Below are positions 8,565 through 19,000 of a DNA stretch of 60,871 nucleotides, piece by piece. The stretch comes from Euryarchaeota archaeon UBA438 (lineage in GTDB: Archaea; Thermoplasmatota; Poseidoniia; Poseidoniales; Thalassarchaeaceae), in contig DAQP01000036.1 in the NCBI GenBank assembly GCA_002504435.1, positions 2,047 to 62,917 on the forward strand, given 5' to 3'. The notes under the pieces were generated by a model. The model was not told the DNA's origin. It saw nothing but the letters and a program-made list of their open reading frames with translations, and made no database searches. Within the stretch, counting starts at the first letter, position 1. Every line of letters begins with the position of its first letter. The translations under genes were made by a program, and so were the position numbers.

Positions 8565-11500
8565 GTGCCAGAAATGCAGCAAAGATCCCAAAGAGGATAG
8601 AGGCGATAAAGTTCACACTGATGGACCCAAACGAAATTAGGAAGATGTCCTCAGTAGAGGTCAAAACCGCTGACACATACAAAGACGACGGCCACCCATA
8701 CAAGCAGGGGCTCATGGATCCAAAAATGGGTGTCATTGACCCAGGCGTAAGGTGCGAGACGTGCGGCAACAAGCACGATGAGTGCCCAAGTCACTTCGGG
8801 CACATAGCTCTGGAGCTTCCAGTAATGCATATCGGATTCACCAATTTGATCAAGACATCCCTCAAGTCGACCTGTAACACATGCAGCAAGATACTACTGC
8901 ACGATAAGCCTGACACCCATCCAGTGGACCCTGAGAAGTCCGAGCAGAACTACTACGAGGAGAAGGTAAAGGATGTCATGATAAAGCACGGGGTCGGATC
9001 TTCAGAATTCAAGAACGTAATCAAGGATATTGAAAAGGAGTGTTCAAGCAAAAAGAGGACAATTTGCATGCACTGTGGAAGTGAGCAGGGCAAGATTATC
9101 CTAGACAAGCCCTCGACATTCAAGGAGAAGAAAGAGAACAAGGGTGAGCACAAACTCAACGCTCGTGACATCAGGGAGTGGCTTGAGAGAATTCCGGACG
9201 AGCACCTTATCTTCCTTGGGATGGACAAGGACGCAGCAAGGCCCGAGTGGACCATTATGAAGGTCCTTCCAGTACCGCCAATAACTGTTAGGCCCTCAAT
9301 AACACTGGACAGCGGCGATAGATCAGAGGATGACCTTACTCACAAGCTAGTCGACGTTCTGAGAATAAATCAACGCCTCAGGGAAAACCGAGATGCTGGT
9401 GCGCCTCAGCTGATTGTCGAGGACCTTTGGGAGCTCCTGCAGTACCACTGTACAACGTATTTCGACAATCAGACTAGTGGAATACCCCCTGCCAGGCATC
9501 GTTCAGGAAGGCCATTGAAGACCCTGGCTCAGAGACTCAAAGGAAAGGAAGGGAGGTTCAGGAGTAACCTGTCTGGAAAGAGGGTAAACTTCTGTGCTCG
9601 GACCGTAATCAGCCCAGATCCAAATCTCGGAATTAACGAGGTTGGAATCCCCACTCAAACAGCCAAAGAACTGACTGTCCCTATCCGAGTCACTAGCCGG
9701 AACAGGGAGCAGCTAAGGCAGATGATCCTACGAGGCCCCGACGTCCACCCCGGAGTCAACTACATCATCAGGGGCGACAAGTTCAGAGTCAGAATCACCG
9801 ATCGAACTAAGTTCATCTGGTCCGGTTTCAGATGCCTTAATCCAGAGTGCCATTCGGGAAGTGAAGATGAGCCCTACACTGGCTATAGGCCTGATCTGAA
9901 TGAGGTCCTACCGGCTCCTAATTTCCTACCCGGATTGGAGCTAATGAGGCAAATGAGGAGAAATTCTATCGGGGATCTGGAGGAGGAATGGGGTGTTGAC
10001 TTAGAAACCACCCTCCGAAATCTGAGGGGCGAGGATGAAAGAGGCCTGCCCTTGCCAGAAGCCGACCAAAGGGCCTCAATTCACTACAGGTGGAAGTGGG
10101 AGATGGAGAATCCGGGAGAGTACCTCCCAGATCATCTCGAGGTCAAATGCCCCCATTGTGGGAGCCCAGAAGTCGAAGACGACTACGGCAATGCATACAG
10201 TACCGATGTCGAAGACAGGCTAAGCACACATGACTTGGACGGAAATCCAAAGCCCGGGGTAATTGTCGAACGCCACTTAATTGACGGTGATGTTGCCCTG
10301 TTCAACAGGCAACCATCCCTACATCGCATGTCCATGATGGTTCACGAGGTCAGGGTAATGCCGGGTAAGACGTTCAGATTCAATCTTGCTGATTGTACCC
10401 CTTACAACGCGGACTTCGATGGCGATGAGATGAACCTTCACGTCATACAAAGCGAGGAAGCTAGGGCAGAGGCCAAGATTCTCATGCGTGTGCAGGAGCA
10501 CATCATTACCCCGAGGTACGGTGGAAGCGTCATTGGCGGTATCCACGACCACATATCGGGTGCATACCTCCTGACTCACGGGGACAGGGTTCTCCCAAAG
10601 AATCTGGTAATGCAGGTCCTAGGTGACACTAACTGGGACGGAGAACTCCCTCCGGAAGTTGAGAAGGATGGAGTGATTGGATATCGTGGAAGCGACGTCC
10701 TCAGCTTGATCGTCCCCGAAGGATTCAATTTGGATTATGTAAGCAGGATTGGAGACAGCGTGAAGGTGACCAAGGGAGATGTCTCAGGCACTATCGACAA
10801 GAGGGGCATAGGCGCAGAGGACGGAAGATTGCTAGACGCAGTTGTTCACACTCATGGCCCAGAGGCCGGTGCAGAATTCCTTGACAGGATGACTAGGATG
10901 ACCATCTCCATTTGCACTTCTATGGGATTCACTACGGGGATAGATGACGAAGACCTGCCCCCAGAGGCCAAGGCCGAGATAGCGAAGATAAACAAGAAGG
11001 GAAGCGACGCCGTCGACGAAGAACTGGCCAAGTTCGGCAAGGATGGGAGGAGGTATGAATCAAGACCTGGAAGGACCCCTGTGGAGACACTGGAGGAGAA
11101 TATCCTGATGATTCTGGACGAGGCCAAGACCGAGTCAGGAAACATCGCCAAGTCATATCTAGGGGCGGATAACGCTGCTGTAATGATGGCAACTTCGGGT
11201 GCCAGGGGGTCCATGGACAACCTAGCAATGATGGCCGGATCAATAGGCCAGCCCAAGGTCAGGGGTAAGAGACTAGAAAGAGGCTACCAGGATCGTGTAT
11301 TGGCACACTTCCCACGAAATGCCAAAGGCGCTCAGGAGAAGGGTTTCGTAGGCTCGTCATTCAAGAGAGGGCTAGAGCCCACCGAATTCTTCATGCTGTC
11401 AGTGTCGGGCAGAGAGTCCCTCGTAGACACCGCTGTAAGAACGGCAAAGTCAGGTTACATGCAGAGGAGACTGATCAATGCAATGGACGACCTGAAGGTC

Positions 11501-11653
11501 GCAAACGACGGAATGGGTTCAGTAAGGAACACCGCTGACAGAATAATACAGTTCGAATATGGAGAGGACGGTGTTGACCCGGCAAGAAGCCGTGGCGGGA
11601 TGCCGTTCGACGTCTCTCAGGTTTTGGATGATGCTCTAGGGGGTGACAACTGA
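8561..11653 (+). CDS. rpoA1: RNA polymerase subunit A' (Rpo1N)
   Basis: NADFDGDEM catalytic motif, [25 protein letters not shown]. Confidence 0.98.
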   Translation: MSARNAAKIPKRIEAIKFTLMDPNEIRKMSSVEVKTADTYKDDGHPYKQGLMDPKMGVIDPGVRCETCGNKHDECPSHFGHIALELPVMHIGFTNLIKTSLKSTCNTCSKILLHDKPDTHPVDPEKSEQNYYEEKVKDVMIKHGVGSSEFKNVIKDIEKECSSKKRTICMHCGSEQGKIILDKPSTFKEKKENKGEHKLNARDIREWLERIPDEHLIFLGMDKDAARPEWTIMKVLPVPPITVRPSITLDSGDRSEDDLTHKLVDVLRINQRLRENRDAGAPQLIVEDLWELLQYHCTTYFDNQTSGIPPARHRSGRPLKTLAQRLKGKEGRFRSNLSGKRVNFCARTVISPDPNLGINEVGIPTQTAKELTVPIRVTSRNREQLRQMILRGPDVHPGVNYIIRGDKFRVRITDRTKFIWSGFRCLNPECHSGSEDEPYTGYRPDLNEVLPAPNFLPGLELMRQMRRNSIGDLEEEWGVDLETTLRNLRGEDERGLPLPEADQRASIHYRWKWEMENPGEYLPDHLEVKCPHCGSPEVEDDYGNAYSTDVEDRLSTHDLDGNPKPGVIVERHLIDGDVALFNRQPSLHRMSMMVHEVRVMPGKTFRFNLADCTPYNADFDGDEMNLHVIQSEEARAEAKILMRVQEHIITPRYGGSVIGGIHDHISGAYLLTHGDRVLPKNLVMQVLGDTNWDGELPPEVEKDGVIGYRGSDVLSLIVPEGFNLDYVSRIGDSVKVTKGDVSGTIDKRGIGAEDGRLLDAVVHTHGPEAGAEFLDRMTRMTISICTSMGFTTGIDDEDLPPEAKAEIAKINKKGSDAVDEELAKFGKDGRRYESRPGRTPVETLEENILMILDEAKTESGNIAKSYLGADNAAVMMATSGARGSMDNLAMMAGSIGQPKVRGKRLERGYQDRVLAHFPRNAKGAQEKGFVGSSFKRGLEPTEFFMLSVSGRESLVDTAVRTAKSGYMQRRLINAMDDLKVANDGMGSVRNTADRIIQFEYGEDGVDPARSRGGMPFDVSQVLDDALGGDN

Positions 11654-13224
11654 TGGTCGTCAAGAGTGCAACAAAGAAGAAACTGATGGATCTTCAGATA
11701 GACGAGGAATATGCCCACAAGCTCGCAGATGACAGAAAGTGGGACGATGTAAAAATCCTCACTGCTGGTCAGATTGCCCAAATCTGTGGAATCGACTCAG
11801 GAACTGCTCAGAGAATCCATGACCTCATGGCGGCTTCATCCAAGTCGGCCAGATCCCAACGCGCCGCAACTGAGAAGACCATGGTTCGGAGGAAGTCAGC
11901 AGCATCACGCCGAAGGCGTAAGACAATGATGCCCCTTCAGACATATGACCCAGAGGACAAGATGGTCCAGGTTATGAGGGACATAGACCACCACGATGAG
12001 ATTTACAAGCAACTCCAGAACGCTTGCGAGGAGGAAAACGTCGGCCTTACGCCTAGGATGATCATGGACCTGACAGAAGGAATCAGGGCTCGAGGCGAAA
12101 CGAAAGTAACCCCTGCCAAGGCCAGGAAGGTGATTCAATCAGCGAGCAACTCCCTGAACAGGTCCAGTGCGGACCCCCATGAGGCAGTTGGAATAACCAC
12201 TGCTCAATCCATAGGGGAGCCTGGAACGCAGATGACCATGAGAACCTTCCACTATGCGGGTGTAGCCACAGTCAACGTGACACAAGGTCTTCCAAGGATC
12301 ATAGAGATTGTCGATGCAAGAAAAACTCCAAACACTCCAACAATGAGGATATTCCTAGAGGAACTCAACAGCAAGGGCAAGCCCCTCAGGACGAATGAGA
12401 AGCTAGTAAGGGGTATCGCCGCAGGCTTGGAGGCCACAACAACCAGCGACATTGCGAACATAGACGTCGAGGTCGCGCAGCGATACTTGAGCCTCAAACT
12501 CGTCAATTCGAACATGCGACTGAAGAACATGAACGGGGCCGAGGTAAGGGACAAGCTACAAAGAGCACTACGACTATTCATACAGGCTGATTCCGACGAG
12601 AAGCCAAAGGAACTCAAGATCATCCCCGGAGTTTCAAAGGAGGAAGATTTGGAGACTCTAGCCACTGATCCACCGACCTACACGGATCTCCTGCAGTTGG
12701 AGGACAAGATAAAGAAATTGCAACTGAAGGGCATCAGGGGAATCGAACGTGCAAACGTTCAAGCTGGTGAGAATGGGGAATACTACATTTCCACAATAGG
12801 CTCGAATCTAGCTAAGGTCAGCGAGTTCGCAGGCATAGACCGTTCTAGAACATACACCAACAACATCAATGAGATTCATTCCTACCTCGGAATTGAGGCT
12901 GCTAGGCAGGCTATCATCAATGAGATGAGTGACACACTTGAGGGAGCTGGACTCGACGTCGATGTTAGGCACCTTCTGATGGTCGCCGATGTCATGACCA
13001 GCGAGGGCGAAGTCAGGGCGATAGGAAGGCACGGTGTCAGCGGTACCAAGCATAGCATATTGGCCCGTTCGGCGTTCGAGGTCACAGTTACTCACCTATT
13101 GAGGGCTGGAATTATCGGAGAGCGTGACGAACTCAAGGGAGTCACAGAGAACATCGTCGTCGGACAGCCCATCGCACTCGGTACTGGCAGTGTTGATCTG
13201 TTCTACATTCCCGAAGAGGCTTGA
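11653..13224 (+). CDS. rpoA2: RNA polymerase subunit A'' (Rpo1C) with N-terminal extension
   Basis: [40 protein letters not shown]. Confidence 0.97.
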   Translation: MVVKSATKKKLMDLQIDEEYAHKLADDRKWDDVKILTAGQIAQICGIDSGTAQRIHDLMAASSKSARSQRAATEKTMVRRKSAASRRRRKTMMPLQTYDPEDKMVQVMRDIDHHDEIYKQLQNACEEENVGLTPRMIMDLTEGIRARGETKVTPAKARKVIQSASNSLNRSSADPHEAVGITTAQSIGEPGTQMTMRTFHYAGVATVNVTQGLPRIIEIVDARKTPNTPTMRIFLEELNSKGKPLRTNEKLVRGIAAGLEATTTSDIANIDVEVAQRYLSLKLVNSNMRLKNMNGAEVRDKLQRALRLFIQADSDEKPKELKIIPGVSKEEDLETLATDPPTYTDLLQLEDKIKKLQLKGIRGIERANVQAGENGEYYISTIGSNLAKVSEFAGIDRSRTYTNNINEIHSYLGIEAARQAIINEMSDTLEGAGLDVDVRHLLMVADVMTSEGEVRAIGRHGVSGTKHSILARSAFEVTVTHLLRAGIIGERDELKGVTENIVVGQPIALGTGSVDLFYIPEEA

Positions 13225-13242
13225 GGAAAAGGTGGAATTGAA

Positions 13243-13539
13243 ATGGACCTAGGTAGAAATCTAAAACAGGGCCTGAACACAGGAAAGATGCTGTTTGGCC
13301 AGAGGGAGACAATGGGTGCCTGCGACAAGGGAGAGGCTAGACTTGTCATAGTGGCCGCGAACTGTCCCGAGGATTTCATCGACAGCATGTCCGAAAGTCA
13401 CCCAAACATAACGATGCACAGAGTCGGCCTTGTCAACAGACAACTCGGGGCCGCGTGTGCAAAGCCGTTCCCCGTCAGCGCACTTTGCGTAATTGACCCG
13501 GGACAGAGCGATTTACTTTCTCTGCAGTCCAATATTTAG
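13243..13539 (+). CDS. rpl30e: Ribosomal protein eL30 (L30e)
   Basis: TGKMLFG, LVIVAANCP, LGAAC.KPF, IDPGQSD; conserved position after rpoA2. Confidence 0.92.
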   Translation: MDLGRNLKQGLNTGKMLFGQRETMGACDKGEARLVIVAANCPEDFIDSMSESHPNITMHRVGLVNRQLGAACAKPFPVSALCVIDPGQSDLLSLQSNI

Positions 13540-13624
13540 CCGTTCGTGAGTATATTCTCACATTCCCCACTCCCAAGGGGCTACTGGTCAATACCATTCA
13601 AGCGTACTACCCCTCCCTAGGCAT

Positions 13625-14566
13625 ATGGAAGAGGCGGTTCGGGCACTCCTCTCGTCCAGGGGAGTTAGACTGGAGCCCCCTTCAGAGGCTATTGAAATCC
13701 CCGAGTTCAGATTATTGGGCATTGCAGAGAAGGTCCCAGAGATCGGTGTATCAATAGAATCAGTTGTCTTCGTTTGGCATGTGGAATCGGGACTGGTGCC
13801 GATTTCCGATGCTGATTTTGAGAGGTGGTGTGTGGATGCACCCGCTGGAAGAAATTGGATTCTCTGCGAGCGTGAATTGCCAAAGGGATTCCACAATAAT
13901 TTACCATCCGGAGTCGAATTAGTAGCATGGTCGCCCGAGACTCTCTCAAGGTGGATAGGGGATGCAGTAATTTCAGGCGAACTTGTTGCCAGTACTCCGA
14001 GCGCCAATAAAGTAGTGGATTCAGAAGCCCATGCTGGGAATGAGGAGGAAGACGATGACGATACAATAATTGTCCCAGCGATCGTAGATATCGAGTCATG
14101 GTTAATTCAATCAGGCAGAGAGGGCTCCCTAACATCCCCCGTTCTTCTCAAAGCGAGGCTTTGGGACGTTGAAGGGTCACTAATAGGCCCTGAAGGGGAC
14201 AAAATACCATCTAATTGGAAATTAATTGAGGATCCGTGGTCCTCATCACTGGCCCTAAGTGAATCCATTTTGGAAAATTCAAATGTGATTATCAGGATGG
14301 TTGAACCACCTGCTAGTAAGTGGCTATCAGAAGAATCTCTGTCGGACAAGCTTCCTTCAATCTTGGACAGGAAGATACAAGGGGGAAGCGAAGAGAGTGA
14401 AGGTCCAGTAAGAAGTATCATGCTCGAATGGTGGAGGGCAGATGCTAACTCACTCTCGATGTCCAAACGAGTTGTCGGAATACCGGGATGGATTATCGAT
14501 ACTCAAGGGAGAGAGGGCGTAATACTTCATAGCGGGAATGGGAGGACTTACCCGATTCCTGACTAG
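13625..14566 (+). CDS. Hypothetical Trp-rich cytoplasmic protein
   Basis: 313-aa ORF filling the intergenic space, preceded by a TTCAAG box; no family recognised. Confidence 0.65.
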   Translation: MEEAVRALLSSRGVRLEPPSEAIEIPEFRLLGIAEKVPEIGVSIESVVFVWHVESGLVPISDADFERWCVDAPAGRNWILCERELPKGFHNNLPSGVELVAWSPETLSRWIGDAVISGELVASTPSANKVVDSEAHAGNEEEDDDDTIIVPAIVDIESWLIQSGREGSLTSPVLLKARLWDVEGSLIGPEGDKIPSNWKLIEDPWSSSLALSESILENSNVIIRMVEPPASKWLSEESLSDKLPSILDRKIQGGSEESEGPVRSIMLEWWRADANSLSMSKRVVGIPGWIIDTQGREGVILHSGNGRTYPIPD

Positions 14567-15438
14567 TCCCTCTGTAATGCCATCAGCTCATCAGTCGACA
14601 AGGTGTCTCCCGACATTAGCCTGGACATCAGATCAGTAACCTCGGTCTTACTTTCTCCCTCTGCCTCGCCGCCCTCTCTCGCATCAATTGCTTTCATAAG
14701 GTCCTGCATGGAATGAATGCACCTGAGTGAAACAATGTACAGATTGTGAAGCGCATCAGCCTCTTTCTTCGACTTCGTGAGTCCTGAATGTGCTGAATTA
14801 GCGCGCTCTCTAAGCCTATCTACTTCATCGGACAACTCCACCATCAGGTCGTGCGCCTCTTGCGCCTCCGTAACTGCTTTCTCCACTCTGTTGTGAGCAT
14901 CTTCCTGTAGCCTCTCAGCCTCTCTAACCTTCGTTTTCAAATCGCCCAGGCCACCGCTTGACTTGTTCCTCTCAACTGCCTCTGTTAATTCCTGCTTGAG
15001 CTTCTTCATCTCTCTGAAGAATTTCTTCTCGCTCGCTCCTGTGAAGCCCCCTCTCTCGTATTTCCTCTCTAACGCCTCCATCTTCGATCTAATTTTTGAT
15101 GGCGGTGGGCCCGATGGCCGCTTCTCTCTTTTGCCGTTTTGTTCGGCCTCAGCTAATCTCGATCGTAGCTCCGTTCTTATTACCTTCAGCTCATCCGATC
15201 TATCAGATCTCTCTATCTTCAAATCCTTGACTTTGGAATTGGCCACATCTCTAATTTCCTTATGGCTTCTGACCTCGGAAATCAGCTCCTTGACTTGCCT
15301 ATTCACCTCATTTCTGCTATCTAAGTAGGTTCTAACCTTGGCATTGTACTCGTCCCTAACCTCCTTCCTTCCATCCAAATCTGACTCCATCGTCTGGCAT
15401 AGGGGTTGGAACAACTCACGAACTTCTGAGTATTCCAA
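14563..15438 (-). CDS. Archaeal coiled-coil protein (COG1340-like), paralog 1
   Basis: Heptad-rich sequence; AQEAHDLM...EADALH pattern; C-terminal LMSGDTLSTDELMALQ. Confidence 0.8.
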   Translation of the reverse strand: MEYSEVRELFQPLCQTMESDLDGRKEVRDEYNAKVRTYLDSRNEVNRQVKELISEVRSHKEIRDVANSKVKDLKIERSDRSDELKVIRTELRSRLAEAEQNGKREKRPSGPPPSKIRSKMEALERKYERGGFTGASEKKFFREMKKLKQELTEAVERNKSSGGLGDLKTKVREAERLQEDAHNRVEKAVTEAQEAHDLMVELSDEVDRLRERANSAHSGLTKSKKEADALHNLYIVSLRCIHSMQDLMKAIDAREGGEAEGESKTEVTDLMSRLMSGDTLSTDELMALQRD

Positions 15439-15500
15439 AGTATTACCTCCTTAATTCCGAGATTGAAATTCCATATAAGGGCATAGCAGGGTGATTCTTG

Positions 15501-16466
15501 CTAATCCTCCCTCTTACTAGCGAGATTGCCCTTTCTTGGACCTCTCCTTGAAACTCCTAAACGCCTTCTTCGGCGACCCGGGTGCACCTCATCCTTCTTC
15601 TCCTCTGACGGTTCTGATTTCGATGATGCTAGCTCCGAGAGACTCCCAGACCCCAGCAATGCGTCTAGCTCTATGGTGCTCAATGTACCACCAGTCTTTG
15701 CTTTGTCCTTAATTTCAGAGAAGCGTACCTTCCTGTTTCTGCCACCAGTAATTCTGCGATATGCCTTTACTCTGCCAAGCTCCTTTCTAAGCCCCCTTCT
15801 TTCGGACTCAATTTTCTCTAGCTTCTTGTCAATCTTCGAGATTCTTTTGCTAGTCTTCCTGACATCAGATCTGGAAATACTATCAGTCCCGACTCCCGAC
15901 TCTTCCACGGCCTTACTTGCAACGCTCTTGTGCTCCTTCTTCCCCCGGTCAAGCTTCGAAGTAATTTCTTTCATTTTCTTAACGCTAGTAACGTACTCCG
16001 CGTGGGCTGTTTCGGACTCAGCCTTCATAACAATGGAAGCTTGAATTTCAAAGAATCTTCGAAACGCATCAAGCTCCCTTGGAAGTGTGGGGACTGCTGT
16101 AAGGTCGTTGTCTATCGTCGTCAGCCTCCTGTAGGTTTCTGATAACCATTCGTTGAGGACATCTACTGGAGGGGGGATGAGGACATTTACCCGGTCTCTT
16201 TTCGATCTGGACTTATCCGCTGTCTTCCTCGTCTCGTGGAACTTTCTCAGCAACTCTCTTCTTTCTGAATTGGCGCCTTCAATCTGGCCTACTGCGCCAC
16301 GAAGAATCTTCACTTGGCTGACTAGGTCAACCCTCTCTTCCCTAAGGTCCCTCTTCTGCCTTTCTAGGGATTTTATCTGTCTCTCAAGGCCACCATACAT
16401 CTCCTGTAATTCGTGTCCGTCCAAATTCTCTAGGTCTTCGAAAGATGAATCCGATGGACTACTCAT
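15501..16466 (-). CDS. Coiled-coil protein (COG1340-like), paralog 2
   Basis: Heptad-rich sequence; GGTLSTIELDAL motif; Arg-rich tail. Confidence 0.7.
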   Translation of the reverse strand: MSSPSDSSFEDLENLDGHELQEMYGGLERQIKSLERQKRDLREERVDLVSQVKILRGAVGQIEGANSERRELLRKFHETRKTADKSRSKRDRVNVLIPPPVDVLNEWLSETYRRLTTIDNDLTAVPTLPRELDAFRRFFEIQASIVMKAESETAHAEYVTSVKKMKEITSKLDRGKKEHKSVASKAVEESGVGTDSISRSDVRKTSKRISKIDKKLEKIESERRGLRKELGRVKAYRRITGGRNRKVRFSEIKDKAKTGGTLSTIELDALLGSGSLSELASSKSEPSEEKKDEVHPGRRRRRLGVSRRGPRKGNLASKRED

Positions 16467-17290
16467 TCTTCCTCGCCCCCTTCCTTCCCTTTCTTCTTAC
16501 CTTTCTTGGAAAACGAGGATGCCCCTCCTGACATGACTCTGTGCATGTCAGCCAGGAGGTCATCATGACCCGAACCTATGTCCCCGAAACCTTCCTTCAA
16601 TCGCCTCTCCCAATGCTCAATCGCCCTCGAGGACTGTGACAAAAGCTCCTTGGCCCTATCTAATTGCCTACGGACATCTCTGATTTCTTCCTGAAGTGAG
16701 GCCTTCTTCTCATATAGTGGCTGTGCCTTCTTCACTGCCTCCAGCATCTTTGAATGAGCCCCCTCAGAAGTCCTGAAGTTGGCCACCATCCCTCTTCTAG
16801 CCTCAACGTACTCAGCCATCTCAGGATTAGCGTCCTTCCTCTCTTTCAACCATTTCTCGTTTTCCTCAATCAGTTTCTTTCTCCTAGAAATGAGCTTCCC
16901 CTCAGATTTATGATCAAGTGCCGAAGTCTCTATTTGAGACTCAATCCCCTCCAATTCCTCCAGTAACTTCTCCTTTTTCCAATCAGGGTCAAGGTTGACC
17001 ATCCCTCCAGATTCCGATAAGCTATCCCCGTATTCCCTGACTCTGGTAATCAATGCCCGAGCTCTTTCCTGGCTCTCATTCCTTTCCATTTTCAAACTAG
17101 AAACGGACTCGTTAGCCAATCTATGGTTTTCTACCGCCTTCTCCACTTTAGGAGAAAGGGCGTCTTCCTCCGCTTCGAGGTTCCTTATCACGCCCGGAAG
17201 CTGGTCGTCTAGTACCCTCCATCTGGCAAGTAGCCCCTCGGCCAGCTGCTCGGGTTTGACCCTTAGTAGCCCTTCTGCGTCCATAACCAT
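16463..17290 (-). CDS. Coiled-coil protein (COG1340-like), paralog 3
   Basis: IESQIETSALDHKSEGKLI central motif, AHSKM; ATG 17290 lies 27 nt after a TTTAAC box. Confidence 0.7.
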   Translation of the reverse strand: MVMDAEGLLRVKPEQLAEGLLARWRVLDDQLPGVIRNLEAEEDALSPKVEKAVENHRLANESVSSLKMERNESQERARALITRVREYGDSLSESGGMVNLDPDWKKEKLLEELEGIESQIETSALDHKSEGKLISRRKKLIEENEKWLKERKDANPEMAEYVEARRGMVANFRTSEGAHSKMLEAVKKAQPLYEKKASLQEEIRDVRRQLDRAKELLSQSSRAIEHWERRLKEGFGDIGSGHDDLLADMHRVMSGGASSFSKKGKKKGKEGGEEE

Positions 17291-17377
17291 CCGGCCCACC
17301 CGGGACAGTCGGTTAAAGGTCACTATGTGACCTTGGCAGGGGTTTGATTGATACGGCCCCTTTTCTGAGCCAATACC

Positions 17378-19000
17378 ATGGGTGAGTACCCTGAGAGTGG
17401 CATATTGCGTTATCTCGGGCCATTATTGGTCGCCCTGTTGGCGTTTCTAGCAACTCCTGGTCTCCCTATCCAAGAAGCAATATCTGCTGATTCCGAATTA
17501 CCTTCTGACAGAATCCTCCTCAATTCTGGGAACTTAAGCAACTCTTCCGAGCCTTCCTTCATTCCTGCAGGATCTAACGAAGTTGCAATAGTTGGCGAAC
17601 CAGCTCATTTGGGTGATCACCTAACAGCTTCCATTCTCGTACATAATCAAGGAAATTACTCCGGGGCAGTATCCATGGTTCTTTCTTCAGATAATTGGCC
17701 CTCTAACGTATCAGGAGAGGGTGTGGAAATCAGTCCAGGGTCAAGCCGTGATGTTTCAGCGATATTCACCCTGAACAGCACCGGGCAAGTCGATATTCAC
17801 TGGGAAATTGTCAGCTCCGAGAATACCGTCAGTGATGACCTGTCCGGCATTATTGTGGTAGAATCTCTCCCTCCACAGTCCCTCAGCATCATAGTAGATA
17901 GTGAGAGCTGGACACTATCAGACGGACTTCAAGTTGGGATTTCTGTGCTACTTTCCGATGGCCACTCTAGGGATGTTGAGATTATCGCTGATTTGTCCAG
18001 TATGGGCGCTCCAAGAGGCTCCCAGAGCCATGCCGCCTCACTGTCTCCGGGGATCAGAGGAATGTCCTTCGACTTTGGAAATCCCGATGCAGATTACATT
18101 TCATTCACCATACTGCCAATTGGATGGGTGCCATCCGACCAAATCAGCATCGATTACCAACTATCCCCACCTGTCGTATCTCCCTCCGTTTCCACTTGTT
18201 CCACGGTGCCTGAAATTGCCATCCCTGGAGACCCATTAGTTATCGATTGCGTTATTGCAAACTCGGGAGATTCGGAGAGTCTTTCCGGGACCATTTCAGC
18301 AACCAGGCAATCCGACGGACTGATACTCTCAACATCTGATACACCACCGCTCCCGCCAGATGAAGAATCAAGCTATTCGTTAGTTGTTCCAGAATGGCCA
18401 GATGACGGCGATGCTATCGTTGAGATTGCATGGTTTTCAGGAGGAAGCTATGCAATGCAGAGCATCCAGATCCAGACTCGTGAACCTCCAGCTGAGGGAT
18501 TCAAGCTTCCCTTCGACACATCTGCCGCGCTTCTCGGCTCTGTAATTGGACTTGTTGTGGTAATGGTCGTACTTGCTGTTTGGAGGGTAATTTCTGAGAA
18601 GACCCCTTCCACGGGGTCCGAGGACACCTTCAAACTTCGGAGAGAGTCAAGAATCGAGAGAAGGGCAGAGGTACAGAAAATGGAAATTTCCTGCCCATCT
18701 TGCGAGCAGAGACTGAGTGTGCCTAAATCGCATGTCGGTGGGGTCAAGTGCCCCTCCTGCACAAACCAATTTCAAGTCGGCACTTCAGAAGATTTGCAGG
18801 AAGAAGATGAAGGTGTGAGTGAAACCACCCAAATAACCGACCCTCCACCAGTCCTAAGCTCAAGCTCCACAGAAGAAATCTTGAGTTGCCCATCCTGCGA
18901 GCAGAGACTGAAGGTTCCAATGGATAGAAGGCCAGTAATGTCCCGTTGCCCCGCATGCAGGGCTGAATTTATGGCATTGAATGAGGGGGCGGATAGTTGA
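17378..19000 (+). CDS. Membrane protein with extracellular CARDB/Ig-like domains and two cytoplasmic Zn ribbons
   Basis: Signal peptide; VHNQG and IANSG CARDB-like strands; TM helix; two CPSCEQRL.VP...CP.C repeats. Confidence 0.75.
   Translation: MGEYPESGILRYLGPLLVALLAFLATPGLPIQEAISADSELPSDRILLNSGNLSNSSEPSFIPAGSNEVAIVGEPAHLGDHLTASILVHNQGNYSGAVSMVLSSDNWPSNVSGEGVEISPGSSRDVSAIFTLNSTGQVDIHWEIVSSENTVSDDLSGIIVVESLPPQSLSIIVDSESWTLSDGLQVGISVLLSDGHSRDVEIIADLSSMGAPRGSQSHAASLSPGIRGMSFDFGNPDADYISFTILPIGWVPSDQISIDYQLSPPVVSPSVSTCSTVPEIAIPGDPLVIDCVIANSGDSESLSGTISATRQSDGLILSTSDTPPLPPDEESSYSLVVPEWPDDGDAIVEIAWFSGGSYAMQSIQIQTREPPAEGFKLPFDTSAALLGSVIGLVVVMVVLAVWRVISEKTPSTGSEDTFKLRRESRIERRAEVQKMEISCPSCEQRLSVPKSHVGGVKCPSCTNQFQVGTSEDLQEEDEGVSETTQITDPPPVLSSSSTEEILSCPSCEQRLKVPMDRRPVMSRCPACRAEFMALNEGADS

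Noticed and set aside
9833-10245. RpoA' insertion as an intein (it contains a CL dipeptide near its start)
   Set aside because: No C-terminal His-Asn followed by Cys/Ser/Thr and no recognisable splicing or LAGLIDADG blocks; better explained as a Zn-binding insertion
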